From Amoebidium appalachense (lineage: Eukaryota; Protista; Ichthyosporea): 64,000 bases of DNA. The position numbers were made by a program, and so were the translations under genes. The stretch is taken from positions 3,409,716 through 3,473,715 of the forward strand of contig CAVNZM010000005.1 of the NCBI GenBank assembly GCA_963693365.1. The letters run 5' to 3'. Below the pieces are notes generated by a model. That model had not been told where the DNA came from, made no database searches, and worked only from the letters and a program-made list of their open reading frames with translations. Each line of letters begins with the position of its first letter. The first letter of the stretch is position 1. This document shows positions 31,661 through 45,826 of the stretch, piece by piece.

Positions 31661-32272
31661 ATCTACATAGTCCTGCCAATCTGGTTACATGATAAAAGTG
31701 GCTCTTTGTATGGTTGATAGTATGCCATTGAAAGCCCGCCCCCCCCCCCCCCCCCCCCCCCTTTCCCCCCCTTTGTCTCTCTCTCTCTCCCCCCCCCCCC
31801 CTGCCCCAAACACACACACGCACACGCACACACACACACACACACACCGCCACACACACACACGCAAATATAGTAGTACACACATACACGCACGCATGTG
31901 CACCACACCTATGGACACACACCACCAACCCCTTTTACCAACATCCCCATGTGCAACCCCTCGTGCTCTCGCACCCCACACACAAACAAACACACAACAT
32001 CAAACCCCCCCCCCCCCCCCCCCCCCCCCGCCCCGTCCTGCAACAAAATTCTTTCTTCCTCTGGCTGCCTATAGTGCAAGGCCACCAACCAAAAAAAAAA
32101 AAAAAGAAGAAGATGAAGAAAAGAAAAAGGAAAGAAAAGAAAGAAAGAAACAAAGAAAATATAAGAAAAAGAAAAAGAAAAAGAAAGAAAGCCTTGAAAG
32201 AAAGACAACGAAAGTTCTCTTGAAAACTTCAATCAAAGGTTTGACACATTTGACACGGTACACACAAACACG

Positions 32273-32383
<111 letters not shown>

Positions 32384-33155
32384 AAAACACACATGCGCGC
32401 GCGCACACACACACATACACACACACGTGCGCGCGCACGTGTGTGTACACACATGGTTTGCTTTAACACACTGGACTGTGCCGTTCCGTGATCATGATCG
32501 GCGTTATGTGATAAATCTGCGCAGGGTGGGTGGGGTAGGGCAGGGCGTGAGAAGGGGGGAAGGGGAAGGGGGTGGGGAAATGGGGGGGGTAGGGTTTTTT
32601 TTTTTGGGGGGGGGGGGGGGGGGAGGGGGGGGGGGAGGGGGGGGGGGGGAGGGGGGGGGGGGGGATCACCACTGCAGCTCCGGACTGCAGAGGATTCGAG
32701 GCTTCGAAGATGTGCACGTTCGAACTGGCCGGGATACTATACATATGTGTACATGAATTAGAGCTCGAGGGTTTAGGCAACGGTGTTAAAAGAGAGAAAG
32801 AGAGGGAGGGAGAACTCGGGGATTAGAACACGGTTTTATAACGGTAGACTAAGCACAGTACGCATGTGTGAGATATATAACGGACACATGTACACATAAT
32901 TGATTAATGCAAAGAGCGCTCACAAGAGTGTTGCATAATAATTTGCTGAGTCTGTGATCTAGAGCTCGTCATTGGCCTCGGGCTGGGGGGAGCTCAAGCC
33001 ACCCACACTAATTAGTACTCAAGTACTCTTTCAATTTGGAAGTTCATCTCGTCAATTCGAAACCCAACTCTGCTATCGAGGGAGGGCCTCCGATGAAACA
33101 GAAGAGGAGTGGGGGTCGTTGCACTCCATATATATATATTGGCCGCGGTGTGTGT

Positions 33156-33201
<46 letters not shown>

Positions 33202-34040
33202 GAATGAGTCATAAAGTACGAAGTACACAAGAACAATGGAAATGCGCAGGGGGGAGGGGGGGGGGCTCGGCTCAGACTGAGGGCGTGTGTGTGCGTTCCT
33301 GAGTGAGAACCCCTGTGTGTATGTGTGTGTTTTCTTTTGTGTGTTTGGTGTGTATGTGTGTGAATGCGTGTATGATGGTACACATGCATGTGTGTGTGTC
33401 CGTGTGCACGTGTGGTGGTGGTCGTGGTGGTGATGGTTGGTTGGGCCCGGGGGAGGGGGGGGGATTCATATCTGAGACATGGACACGCGACCACACCACC
33501 ATCTCACCCGACTGCCTATCTCTGCAGCATTCTTTTCACAAGTATTACTATTTTTATCAACCTTCGAAAAGCAGGCACTGCCTGCCCGCATGCATTCTAA
33601 ATAAAATCACCTGCTTCCATTATTTCTATGCTTCTGTTAAGTAACTGTTCTATTTAACCACACATAAGCGAGCAAACCTTCGTGCATATTTAATACATTA
33701 ACTCTAACCACACACATCCCAAAGACCACATTGCCTACACTACCTTTGCCGATTGCAGAAATTACCAAGGCGAAAACAAGAACAAAAGAAACTAAGAAAG
33801 TGGGGCAAACACAATACAAGTCAAGTTAGAAGCGCGCAATCCATTAGCACCAAAAGACCAGACACCAAATAAATCAAATCATGAATTTTATATATTCCAG
33901 TGCGAATAAAGTAGTCCAACTCGTTTTTATTACAGGTCATCGGCCACTTTCAATCTATATCCCGTGTAGTATACATGCATACGTGCAAGAAAGGGAACAT
34001 GCTACATGCAAAAAAAAAAAACAAAAAAAAAAAACGAGCC

Positions 34041-34808
34041 TCAAGCCCTCAGAAACCAGACATCGTCCGTCTCCTCACACCTGCTTGCCTTAACCTTCTT
34101 TCCATTTTTTCCCTTCGCCTTACTCACCCCACCCTTAACCACTTTCTTCAACAATTTTTTCACCGTTTCTGCCCCTGTTTTTTCCCGTTTTTCCTTTTTT
34201 TCTTTCTTGGATTTCGTGGCTTTCATCGCCGGTGCACCAACATTCAAAATCTCCGTTTTCATTTCTTTTACGGTTGCCGCCGTGGATTTTAGCGGTTTTC
34301 CGGCTTCCGCGCTGTCTGCTTTCGACTTTGATTTCGTCTTTTCATTCATTTGCCTTTCAGATTTCTCCGTTTTTTTCGTCTTTGACTTTGTGCGTACCTT
34401 TGATTCGACCTTCCCACTTTCCTCCCATTCGTCTTTTCTTGTTTTCTTGTTCGATTTTTCCGTTTTCTCCTTTTCAACCTTTCGTTTCTTTGTCGCTTCC
34501 CGTTCCACATTTACATTCTTCCGTTTGTGAGGCTTCTCCGTTTGCGTATCGTCATTCCCAAACACCTTCCGTTTTTTCGTTGCATTTTTACCAGTAGCCA
34601 CCCTTTCTGTGTCCTCTTCGCTCGTCTCGGCAGCAGGGTCCTGATCTGAAATTTCGATTGGGGTTGGTGGGGGGGTCATTGCCATAGACTCCGTTATGAA
34701 GTGGGCGTCAAGCATTAAGACCCCCTGCATTTTCGTCATCTCGCAGTAACCCTGGGACCACACCGTTGCACCGGGCCCGTATGCCTCAGCATATCTGTGT
34801 GTGTGTGT

Positions 34809-34839
<31 letters not shown>

Positions 34840-35027
34840 GGGGGGGGGGGATTCAATGTGTCAGTGGCTGCCGGTGTGGGGAAGGAAACACGAAGGTGTC
34901 GGGCATGAGATCTGGCCTGCCTGTCTCTTTGTGTGCGCCTCTCTCTCTGTGTGCGCGCGCACGCGTGTGCGCCCCCTCGTGTGCCTGTGTGTGCGTTTGC
35001 ATGTGTGTGTACGGATGTGTGTGGGTG

Positions 35028-35085
<58 letters not shown>

Positions 35086-36075
35086 GAAGGGGGAGGGGAG
35101 GGAGAGAGAGGGATCGGGGGGGGGGGGGGGGGGGGGGGGGGGAGGGGGGGGTTTGAATGCGGAACACGGTACGAAGTATGCATACACGACGAGAAGCATG
35201 GTGCAGGACACATGCAAAGGCAAACATTCAAGTATGCAACATCAGCCACGTGCACAGTATGCGTCACAAGCAGAGCCCCAGGGGGTCGTACCTCCTCATT
35301 TGCTTCCTCAAGCGTCCCATCTGGATAAAAGTGTAGACCCCAAAGAAATTCTTGGCATCGATCCTATAAAACCCCCACCTTGTTAGCATTTCGAACCGTA
35401 CCAGACCTCACTCCAGCCCCTAACCCGTCCTGACCCCCACCCCCCACTACCAACACACACACATACACATACACACACACACACGGAGGCACAGACGCAC
35501 GCACACAGACAGACAGACAGACAGACACACACACATACACACTCTACACACACACACACACCCTCCCCTCCCCTCAACCCGCACACACGCAAAACCAAAA
35601 GTGGAAAAATAAAAAAAGAAGAACAACAAAAACCCCCACCCCAATCGGCCCCACAAACATACAAAAACACGGTCCATGCAACTAGCCCGCTTTCAAATGA
35701 TAAAATGATAAAGAGATCCCCATAGCGATCTATACGAGTCGAGTACTAGCCGCACATTCATGCACACAGTGGCACACAGAACCTACCAGTGCACCTTGTT
35801 GCCATTTATGGTAATTGGTGACGTCAGCAAAAAGTCCGGCGTGGGTATGTTCTGCAGGATGCCCCCCTCCTGCTGTTGTGTCTGTGTGCGGTACTTGACA
35901 CCTGCATTACCCCATAGCCAATCAGATGCAAGAATTAAAAAACAGGGCGGCCCAAATGGGGAGGATTAGGAAAAGTAAACGATTACGGGACGGGCGGAAG
36001 GGGGGTGGCCTGGGACTGGAGTGCTTGTGTGTGTATGTGCGTGTCAGCGTGCTTGTGTATGTGTGAACACGGGCC

Positions 36076-36108
<33 letters not shown>

Positions 36109-36520
36109 TGTGTACCCGTGTGCAATGAATGAGTCAGTAAGTGTGTGTGTGTGTGCTTTTACATGCGTTTTTTTTTGTTTTGTTTTTTTGGTGTGTGTGT
36201 GTGGGGGGGGGGGGGGGGGGGGGGGGGGTTTGAATGCGTCAAAAAGTACGAAGTACACAAGAACAAACGGATAACACGATGCAGAATGCAAGCCATACAT
36301 AAAGAGTATGCATAATAAGCAGAGCCCATCCTCAGGGGGGGCCCACGTCATCCACAGTACCCGAGCTTCGACCTATTCCCCTCGTTAACGAAACCCAACT
36401 CAGATACTGTTTCACTTGAACATGAGTAGGGGGGGGGGGGGGGGGGGAGGGGAAGGGGGAGGGGGATACTTGTATGTTTATGCTGTTTGCTATTTTTTCT
36501 CTCATGCTCTTTCACTCTCA

Positions 36521-36561
<41 letters not shown>

Positions 36562-37233
36562 CTCCCCCCCCCCCCCCCCCTCTTTCTATTTTTGTTTTTG
36601 GTGTGTGTTGGAGGGGGGGGGGGGGGGGGGGGTTTGAATGTGTCAAAAAGTACGAAGTACACAAGAACAAACAGATAACACGATACAGAATGCAAACCAT
36701 ACATAAAGAGTATGCATAATAAGCAGAGCCCATCCTCAAGGGGGGCCCGTGTCATCCACAGTACCCGAGTTTCGACCTATTCACCTCGTTAACGAAACCC
36801 AACTCAGATACTGTTTCACTTGAACATGGGTGACCTAGGTCACCCGTCTTGATCAGAGACGAGCAGGGTTGCTTACGCAGGCACGGGCAGTGGGAAAGGC
36901 CGGGGGTTAAAGTTGCAGCAGTAAGCAGAAGCAAGAAAAATATACATAGGAACCCAGGAGACGGGGCTTCTAGGAAGCTCCCCCGTCGTTACCTAAGTCG
37001 ATACTTCCCTGGCTAACATACTACACCAGCTGAAAAGAATTAAGTCCCGAAGGCCGCAGAATTCGCAATCAGAGGGGAAAATATGAGATTTGACCCACGC
37101 CGCACGGTAGTAACACGCTTACTAGGGCGGAACTTTAACGTCTTCGAGCGGAATGTATGCCCCCGAATGTCAGCCGGAAATATGGTATCACCCATTGCTT
37201 TGGGCTTGAAAAAAGCCAAATCGATAGTCCGAG

Positions 37234-37267
<34 letters not shown>

Positions 37268-38447
37268 GACAGGGATCATACCGTGAGTGTCCAGATACTG
37301 GCCGATTACTTCCTCAAACCTCAGAGCCATTTGCTGGCATGTTCCCTGGTCTACCCCTGCAACCTGCACAGAGAAAGTCAGCACGGGTACCGCACGTGTG
37401 TGTGTGTGTGTGTGTGTGTTTTTCCTTCTTTCCGACATCGCGGGGCCAGCTCCAGACAGACCTTGTGCCTGCCCCCCCCTCCCCCCACTACACATGTAGG
37501 TTACCCACCAACTCAACCTTGCCTTCCAAACCACCCGTTCCGCTTTACGTGGAGTCTATGCCCCTCCCTCCCCCCCCCTCCCCGCGCAGACCGACACACA
37601 TACACACAAATACACACACACGTGCACACAAACACGCACACACATACGTGCACCCACCCACACATACACACAAATACACACACGCACGAACGCGCGTGCA
37701 CCCACACACACATACACACAAATACACGCACGCACACATGCACGCACGCACCCACGCACGCACCCGCACACGCACACGCACACGCACACACACACCACTC
37801 ATGAATCTTTTACCCACCCACATGCACCATAAATAATACAGTGCTGTCAAGTATAAGCACTGTTTGCACACATACCAGATCGTGCTGGGCTGCTGTTGCC
37901 AACTCTCTCTGGTCCCTCTCAGACAGCCCACACCCCTCCTTTAGCATCTGGGAGGGGGATACCTTGTGTGAGGCACATGGGAATGGAAAGGATTGTTGTG
38001 GTGCTTGTGTGCGACAGGTATGTGGGCGTTGTGCGTGCACGTGCACAGGCTGTGTGCTTACATGATAGAACGGGTGTGGTATTGAATGTGGGTATATGTG
38101 TGCGTGTGTGCGCGCGCACGACTGTGTGTGCAAGTGTGCGAGTGTGACTGTGTGTTTGCTTGCGTACACTTCTGCGCAAGGCACAGCAACCAATTCTCGT
38201 GCCCTTAGCTTAATGTGCGGGTGGGTATACACCCCCTTCCCCCTCCCCCATCTCCTCCCTTCCTCCACCCTCCCAGCACACATCCATCTTACCGAGAAAA
38301 CGCGAAACTATCACGAAACAGGCACCATCATCTATGCAGCTTTGAGGGGCTAAATACACAGGGCAGTATGCTTGTCATAAAAGAAAAGGTTCTTTACTGA
38401 TATGCAGCATAGCCTGTCAATCAAATCATAGGAGAAATGAGCCAGGG

Positions 38448-38479
<32 letters not shown>

Positions 38480-38711
38480 AGAGGGGGGAGGGGGGCATAC
38501 ACGCTTGACAGATGCCTTCGAGCCGCCGGTGGTGGCGGTGAGGATGGCACGCAGGCAGGCAACGGGGGGATAGTCCATCTGCTTCGAGATGCTGAGAATG
38601 TCCAGCTGCCTGTGTGTGTGTGTGTGTGTGGATGTGTAGACATGTTAGCGGGGGATGGGAAAGGTTTTTTTTCCTTTTTTTTCTTCTTCTTTTTTTTTTT
38701 TTTTTTTTTGT

Positions 38712-38743
<32 letters not shown>

Positions 38744-39845
38744 AGGGGTATGGTAATTCTGCTCCGAGGTGGGCATGCTACAATGTGTGTGACCTATGTG
38801 AGATGGTGATTGCCCAGATTTAACACATGTACAGACTGGAGTGAACAAGCAAGTGTATCAAATAAACATCTTCTACAAATAACTTACCTTCCGCCTACCC
38901 CCCACCCCCCTCCCCCCTCTCCCCCCCCCCCCCCCCCCCCCGCCAAACACCCACATCCACGCACACCTCAAGCACCCAGCCACCATATTTCTTACCCACG
39001 TTCACACCAAAACTCACACGTGCACCTATCTAGCCTCACCGACCCAGGACACCCCTGCTCAGCCAAACCCCATCCTCCCACTTACACACCTGCATAGACA
39101 CAAAACTCCCAACCGCCATCCACATAAACACACAGGCAACCTAACACACACAGGCACCTTAAGCTTCTCCCCCCCCCCCCCCCCCCCCCCCCCCCCTCTC
39201 TCTCTCTCATCATCCTCTCCCCCCCCCCCCAGCCCGCCCTCCATAGAATAAAATAAAAAAATCTAACACCATATTAACTAAAAAGTAATTGGATCATTTT
39301 TCACACAGCACACAAGCAACGTACATTTCTCTGTACATGTGCACGAGATCATCAGCCGAGCGCTGCAGTTGTGAGTGTCTCTTAATTGCTTTCTCCTGGA
39401 GGAGGGTCGACCGGAGGGATAGGGCCTGCTCAATCGTCCTGAAAGGAATAGATAGTATGTAAGCACATAGGGAAGTATACGTATCACACCAAAAAAAGCA
39501 ACATTTAACAAGGCTAACAGAAATGGACAGATGTATTGTGACTGGGTACAGCAACGGGGGACACCGACACAGAAAACGGTGTGGAAGAATAAAAAATACT
39601 GCTCCAAAAACACCCAGGTTAGGCCAAACGCAATTATATAAAGCCAGCCATACAAATAAAAACGTTTCGTCATTCGCAGTAGAAAGAGGAGGGAAAGTGT
39701 GTGCAATAACACATAACGAAAGACCGCCATAAGGGGGCGGGGACATCGGGAGATTGGGGCGCCCAGATGAGCCTTTAAGGGGGGGGGGGGGGGGGGGGAG
39801 GGAGGAAGGGGGGAGTGGCGGGGGCGGGGGCGGCAGTGTGTGTTC

Positions 39846-39926
<81 letters not shown>

Positions 39927-40224
39927 CGTGTGCGCGCGCGCTTGGGTGCGTGTGTGTGAAAGGGGTTTGGACTCGGAACACTCACATAGCGTCTCCGAAA
40001 GCTCGGACAAACCTCTGGCCAAACTCAATCAGCGAACTGCCCTCCAGCACACTCCATTCCCCCTTCTTAATGACAAAACGTGAGGCCGCCGTTTGGGTTG
40101 CAAAAGTGACTGGCGTGGGCTCAGGCCAAGTTAGGCTCAAGGTTCCGTTCTCCCATGTTTGGGGTGTAGTGGGTTTCTTGTGCTTTTTGCGCGTGTCGGA
40201 CTTGCGGAACTTGAGCGAATTCAT
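34041..40224 (-). CDS. CDIN1: CDIN1/C15orf41 (TPD-domain) nuclease-like protein with a Lys-rich tail; 8 exons: 40224-39986, 39438-39325, 38609-38501, 37947-37876, 37363-37282, 35901-35787, 35363-35292, 34794-34041
   Basis: Manual GT-AG splicing keeps the frame and gives ..[96 protein letters not shown], the TPD-family signature. Confidence 0.82.
36222..36830. repeat. Intronic duplication of ~205 bp (period ~404 bp), with related partial copies near 33195 and 35150
   Basis: GGTTTGAATG..AAAAAGTACGAAGTACACAAGAACAAAC..ACTGTTTCACTTGAACATG occurs at 36227-36424 and 36631-36828. Confidence 0.8.
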
Positions 40225-41422
40225 GGTGAGAACGTGCTAGACTATAAGGTGTATCATAGATTGCTCCCCTCCCGAAGAATTTGCTGTCTCTATTGTTAAT
40301 TGATGATTTATACGTATGCAAACTAACATGAAAACTAATCATCGCGTGGTTGAAAGCCCCATAAGCACCTTAAGTAGGCACCCACTTTCCATCGACCAAA
40401 AAATACCAGGTAAACTAAAAGAAAAGGTATTTGGCAGCCTACGTTGGGGAAGACGGAGAGTAAAGCCGTTCACCGTACACCTAGAGAGCCACCGTTAGAA
40501 TGAATACATAAGAATTGTCAAGGGTAAAAACATCGACTCGTCATGCGTACTGTGTAGGTCGTTCCCGGCAGTCAGCTGGTAGCTCAGCTGTGTGCACTGC
40601 AGTCTGACGTGTGCACGTGTACATGTAGTGACGCTATTTACATGGAGCAGGGGATTAGAGATGATTGGTGCATACGGTATCAATGACGTCACCTAAATGG
40701 ATGAAGGAGGGGGCCCGGGATCCGGAGTGTCTCCGATCGAGTGAATTCATGAAATGTGCTGTTTACTCGGGCCTAATCAGATCTCTAATCAGATCTAGAC
40801 ATGGGTTAAGCTTTGAAAACGTAGTGTCTGGTAAAAATGTGCCACTTACTCTATTGCATTTCGCCGTTAAAAATATTAGCTTTGAATTTGTTGGGGAGAG
40901 CTGATGGGGAGCCTGATCATGACCACTGCCACATGCGCAAACGCGTACATTGGCATTGTCGACGTCCCAGCGAATGCCGAGCCATTGCAATTGAACGGTT
41001 GGCGCACACTGCACATCATTGCACACATGCGTGCAAGCAATATTGTAAGCAAGTGCATGTGTGTTACTTTCCATCTAAGTCATATCACCCTTAGAGTGTG
41101 CCTGCTTTTACATGCGTGTGTGCAGCTTTTGCATCGTACATTTGTGCACGTCACACTCGGGCAGTCTGGCCGATGGCCAGCAGAGCAGACGTCTCTGTGT
41201 AACCATGCATGCGCGAGCATGCTGCGCACCTGCCGAAGCGCGATAAGCACATGGTGGGGATACTGTGTGTGTGTGTCTGCCCTTGCAACAATTGTTTGGC
41301 ACAGTTTGCGTACTGCCAGGTACGTGAATGCCCACGTGTGTGCTTCGAGTACATGCACGAAGCCCAAAAGTTTCTTAAGTTTCCTTTTCTCCAACTGACT
41401 TTTTGGGGAGGGCCGGGGGGGG

Positions 41423-41453
<31 letters not shown>

Positions 41454-41660
41454 GGAGGGAGGGAGAGATCTCGAAACGCAATCTTCGTGTTGTTGGCTTC
41501 CACGTACAGAGTCCAACCCATATGCAAGGTTTCCATGCTCTGAATTACTTCAAGGTGGTGCTGTTTTAATCTTGAAATACAGTAAGGAACGGTTCCGTTC
41601 GCTAATGATGGATTTTGCAATTGAAATATGGGGTGGGTGCCCCCCCGGTCCCCCCCCCCC

Positions 41661-41698
<38 letters not shown>

Positions 41699-41770
41699 TT
41701 CCCCGTCCCGGTGGACATGGCCCGAAGTTCCATTGTAATTGTCATGCCCGTGGCCTGTACCGGATACTCA

Positions 41771-42001
41771 GTTCATGCACCATATTCATGCACCATATTC
41801 AAGCGCCATATTCATGCACCATATTCATGCACCAGATTCAAGCACCAGATTCATGCACCATATTCATGCACCGTATTCATGCACCATATTCATGCACCGT
41901 ATTCATGCACCATCTTCATTCACCATCTTCATGCACCATGTTCATGTACCATTTTCATGCACCGTATTCATGCACCATATTCATGCACCATATTCATGCA
42001 C
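41771..42001 (+). repeat. 13-bp minisatellite (CATGCACCATATT)n, about 17 copies
   Basis: Tandem repeat visible directly in the sequence. Confidence 0.92.
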
Positions 42002-42706
42002 TATACATACCAAACCATTCGTGAAGCTCTTTCCCTCTCTTGAAGCTAAACACAACACGAAACTTCCCCTTCCTACTGCCCCCGGATCCCCTTCCACCTG
42101 TGCACCCTCCACCCCATTACTCGTTCTCTCTTTCTCCCCCTCTCTCTCTCGTCGAGTGCCAGTGCATCTGTAGTGTGTGTATTTGTTTATGTGTGTGTGC
42201 AAGTGTGTGTGTACCAGAATCTAGTTTTGTGCTAGTGAGTCACATTATGTTAGTGACTCTGAGCACAAACCACGGCTCAGGCTCGGTACGTAACTAGATT
42301 AGCTACAAGCTTTATTTAATTTATCATACTATGCTAAGACCTTTAGCCTTTTTGATCTTGAAAGACTCTAAAAAGAGGTACAACCCAGTGTTTCACCGTT
42401 ACATTTGCAATACGGTAGGAAGGATCAACGAAATGAAATAGCACGTGTTTGCATGATGCTTATCTAGAGTCATCAGCATGATGAGAAGAAGTTGGGAAGT
42501 ATTTCTGTGTTGGTGCAATATGTTAATAATCACCCTTCGCACCCTTGGCAGGTGTGTAGATTGCTGATAGTTTAATGAGGTTCGTGATAATGTGATTCTA
42601 GGCTCTTTATGCCATACGTTTTAAGTGTAGTACTATGGTACTGTTAAAGTTACATTCAGAGATTATTGTAAGTATATATATTGCCTTTTTAATTCACTAG
42701 GAGGTC

Positions 42707-43840
42707 TTAAATCTTCAGCGGGCGGAAATTAGAGGTCACATCTGGAGATGGAACAAAAGTGTAAATGTTATAAACAACCTCCTCTGCACCAGCGCTGAAA
42801 TCGAGAGCCGCCATGTTGATGTACTGCCACACAAAGCTGTTGTAGCTGCGGATGTAGACTTTCATGTTCTTTGTGTCGTAAATGATGCTGTAAAGGGAGG
42901 AATCACCCTCATAGTTGAACGAAACCTCTCCGTCCTCCATAGTTGGAGGGGCGATGGCTGTGCCGTTAATCTGGTCGCCGACATTGATCATGTGCGCTAT
43001 TAGGTTGACCCCCTTTTCTGCCGTAGGAATGAGCTTTTTGTCCTGTGCATAATGAAGGAACACTGCCAAATGAACGAAACGACTTCCACCCTGTACGTTA
43101 CCAGGAAGACCAACCATGGAAGCCCAGTTACCGGCGGGACCAAACGTAGCACCACCGTAGTTGACGGGCTTAGGGTTGGTAGGCAGCATGGTAGGTGCAT
43201 ATGTGCCGAGGTTGATCATCTGCCAGTCGTACGGGGGAGAGTTTGTCATTACACCGACAAAGTTCTTGTAGATGTTCAGCTTGCCTCCTTGCGTGTACTC
43301 GATGACTATTCCCTCGCCACTTCGGTCCGTCACCGCAAAATGAAGAGGGACCATACCCAGGCCAGGGAGCGTGATGCCTTCAACAACCATGTTGGTCAGA
43401 GTGTCGTTGACCTCTGCAACCGTGGCGTGTGTACCGAGAACCCAGTCGCAGAGGTACGTCTGTACCAACGTCACGTTCTTCTGGTCGGCCTTCCCAGTTT
43501 GATACTCGGCGTAGTTGGGGAAGTAGAGGGCAGAGCACTGCAGGCCCTCCGTGTTCATTCCGTCAGAAGATGTATCCAAGTGGAGACCGTCCGCACCCAT
43601 GTAGCCGTACTTAATCTTCCACTTTGCGCCTGGTGTGCCGTCAGCACGGGGTGATTCAAAAACCTTCCCCTTAGGGTGAGTCCGCAAGTTGAAGGGGAAC
43701 TTGTCCTCAGGGAGGGCAAACTGCATGTCCCTCCCAACAACGGCCACACCGTCTCCAGCTACGGACTTGAAATAGTTGCAGGCAAGAGACTCCCGTGTGA
43801 CCACAAGGGAGAAGGTGAGACAGAGGAAAGTGGACTTCAT
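42707..43840 (-). CDS. Secreted choloylglycine hydrolase / penicillin V acylase family Ntn-hydrolase
   Basis: Signal peptide MKSTFLCLTFSLVVTRESLA is followed by the catalytic Cys (CNYF). GRDMQF, DGMNTEGL, LYFP, VIEY, VMTNSPPYDWQ and GLPG..SRFV are present. Single exon. Confidence 0.93.
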   Translation of the reverse strand: MKSTFLCLTFSLVVTRESLACNYFKSVAGDGVAVVGRDMQFALPEDKFPFNLRTHPKGKVFESPRADGTPGAKWKIKYGYMGADGLHLDTSSDGMNTEGLQCSALYFPNYAEYQTGKADQKNVTLVQTYLCDWVLGTHATVAEVNDTLTNMVVEGITLPGLGMVPLHFAVTDRSGEGIVIEYTQGGKLNIYKNFVGVMTNSPPYDWQMINLGTYAPTMLPTNPKPVNYGGATFGPAGNWASMVGLPGNVQGGSRFVHLAVFLHYAQDKKLIPTAEKGVNLIAHMINVGDQINGTAIAPPTMEDGEVSFNYEGDSSLYSIIYDTKNMKVYIRSYNSFVWQYINMAALDFSAGAEEVVYNIYTFVPSPDVTSNFRPLKI

Positions 43841-45077
43841 TGTGAAAAGTATGCCCGTGCGAGCGCCAAGACTACAGTGTGGCGTCTTGCAATGTGTGTG
43901 TTGTAATTGTACAGACTCCAAAGGTGCCCGTGTTGCAAAGCGCGGAAGTGCAATTGCAATATCTGTATAAATTTTAACGTGGTGAAGGCTTTTGTAACCG
44001 TGGCTTACGCACGTTGCTGTCACAGTTGCACGACTTGAACACGTGCACTGCGAAAGTTTAGTCACCCTGTTTTGTTTTGTTTGTTTTCGGAATTTGACCT
44101 GGCGCTTAGCGCCAATGACAAAAGGGCGCTCAATTTTTATCTCATGTGACCCAATCAAAATGCTCAAGCCCAGTTCACATTCAAAACTATTTTTGGAAAG
44201 TGTTAAATTTAGAGAGGAGGTATGCATGCAAATGGAGAGCATTTACAGCTAGTTCTTCTGCACGTAACTTCCGCCATAAAAAAAAAAAGCACATACTATC
44301 TACTATAATTTAAAAATGCAAATAAATAGATATATAAACAATATATATCTCTATATGAACCATAATGTGCGACAGAGTGCCCACTACGTGCGATTGTGAG
44401 CCATGAATGGGTACATGTACCGATGATGCATGCAAGCAAATCAGTGAGTGGTCTGAGTGAGTGGTGCACCCTGCGCCTCGCAAATCTTGTAGTTAGGCAA
44501 CATCTAATCATAACTCAGTGACCCTAAAATGGGACAATTTATATGAGAAAATACCCATTATAACGATCAGTAATTCTATCATGGCCATCCATGTTGGAGA
44601 AAAAACATGCTGTCACTTTCACGCCCTGGTTAGCACCGCGATGCTGCGGGCATGCCACAAATCTATGAAAGAACACGTTTCTTGCTACGTTTCTCTTGCA
44701 CTTATCACGAAAAAAAATCCCTACAAGTGCACGCTCTAGAATAACATGGCAAAATATAACAACTAATATGATGCCCAACAGTATCTGCCCCCATTACCAT
44801 GCATACTATAAGGTTAGAATCCTTCCCACCCCCCGGCCCCGGGCCCGTGCACACGTGCATTCGAAATCCTCAGGCTTCCGGTTTTCCCGACGGCGATCCC
44901 GTTGGCGTTGGCACCACCCTCTGAAACCTGCGCTCAGCTGATCATATTCTTTCTTTTCTTTTTTTCTCTTCAGCACCTCATATGGCATGGCACTTTTAGG
45001 CCAAGTTGTAAATTAATACGTACAATCGAACGGTTAGTTTTGTTGCAATTGCCAATCCGTATACACAGTATTACACA

Positions 45078-45138
<61 letters not shown>

Positions 45139-45553
45139 GGTTGTGCGGTGTATTAATTACACAGCTGTTAGGGATATCCGAGCTGAAATGAGAAAGGGGG
45201 GGGGGGGGGGGAGGGAGGGGGGAGAGAGAGTGAGAGAGGGGGGGGGGGGGAGGGGGGAGGCGGAGGGGAGGACTCCTCTCACGCACTGCTCTGAGCTCTC
45301 CCTCCCTGCCGCCCTGCGCCTGTCCTTCCCTCCCACGCATTGCTCTCCCTCCGGGCCCAATTCACATACCAACATCTCCGTTCCACAATTTTTCGGCATA
45401 CCATTGCTTAGTGTTGGCAGTGTTCATGTGCTCACTGCTCACACATGTGTGATGGTGCGTGTGTGTTTTTGTCATCATGATATTATATCGATATAGTGTG
45501 AGTGAGTGAGTGATCAATACTTGAGTGAGTGGGCCGTGTGTGTGTGAGTGTGT

Positions 45554-45664
<111 letters not shown>

Positions 45665-45686
45665 TGTTTGTGGGTGTGTACGTATG

Positions 45687-45748
<62 letters not shown>

Positions 45749-45794
45749 CGTTCGTGTGTGTGTATGTGTGTGCTCGTGTGTGTGTGCGTGTACA

Positions 45795-45826
<32 letters not shown>

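Noticed and set aside
41209-42173. His/Cys-rich repeat proteins
   Set aside because: Translations of the 13-bp minisatellite, whose unit length is not a multiple of 3.
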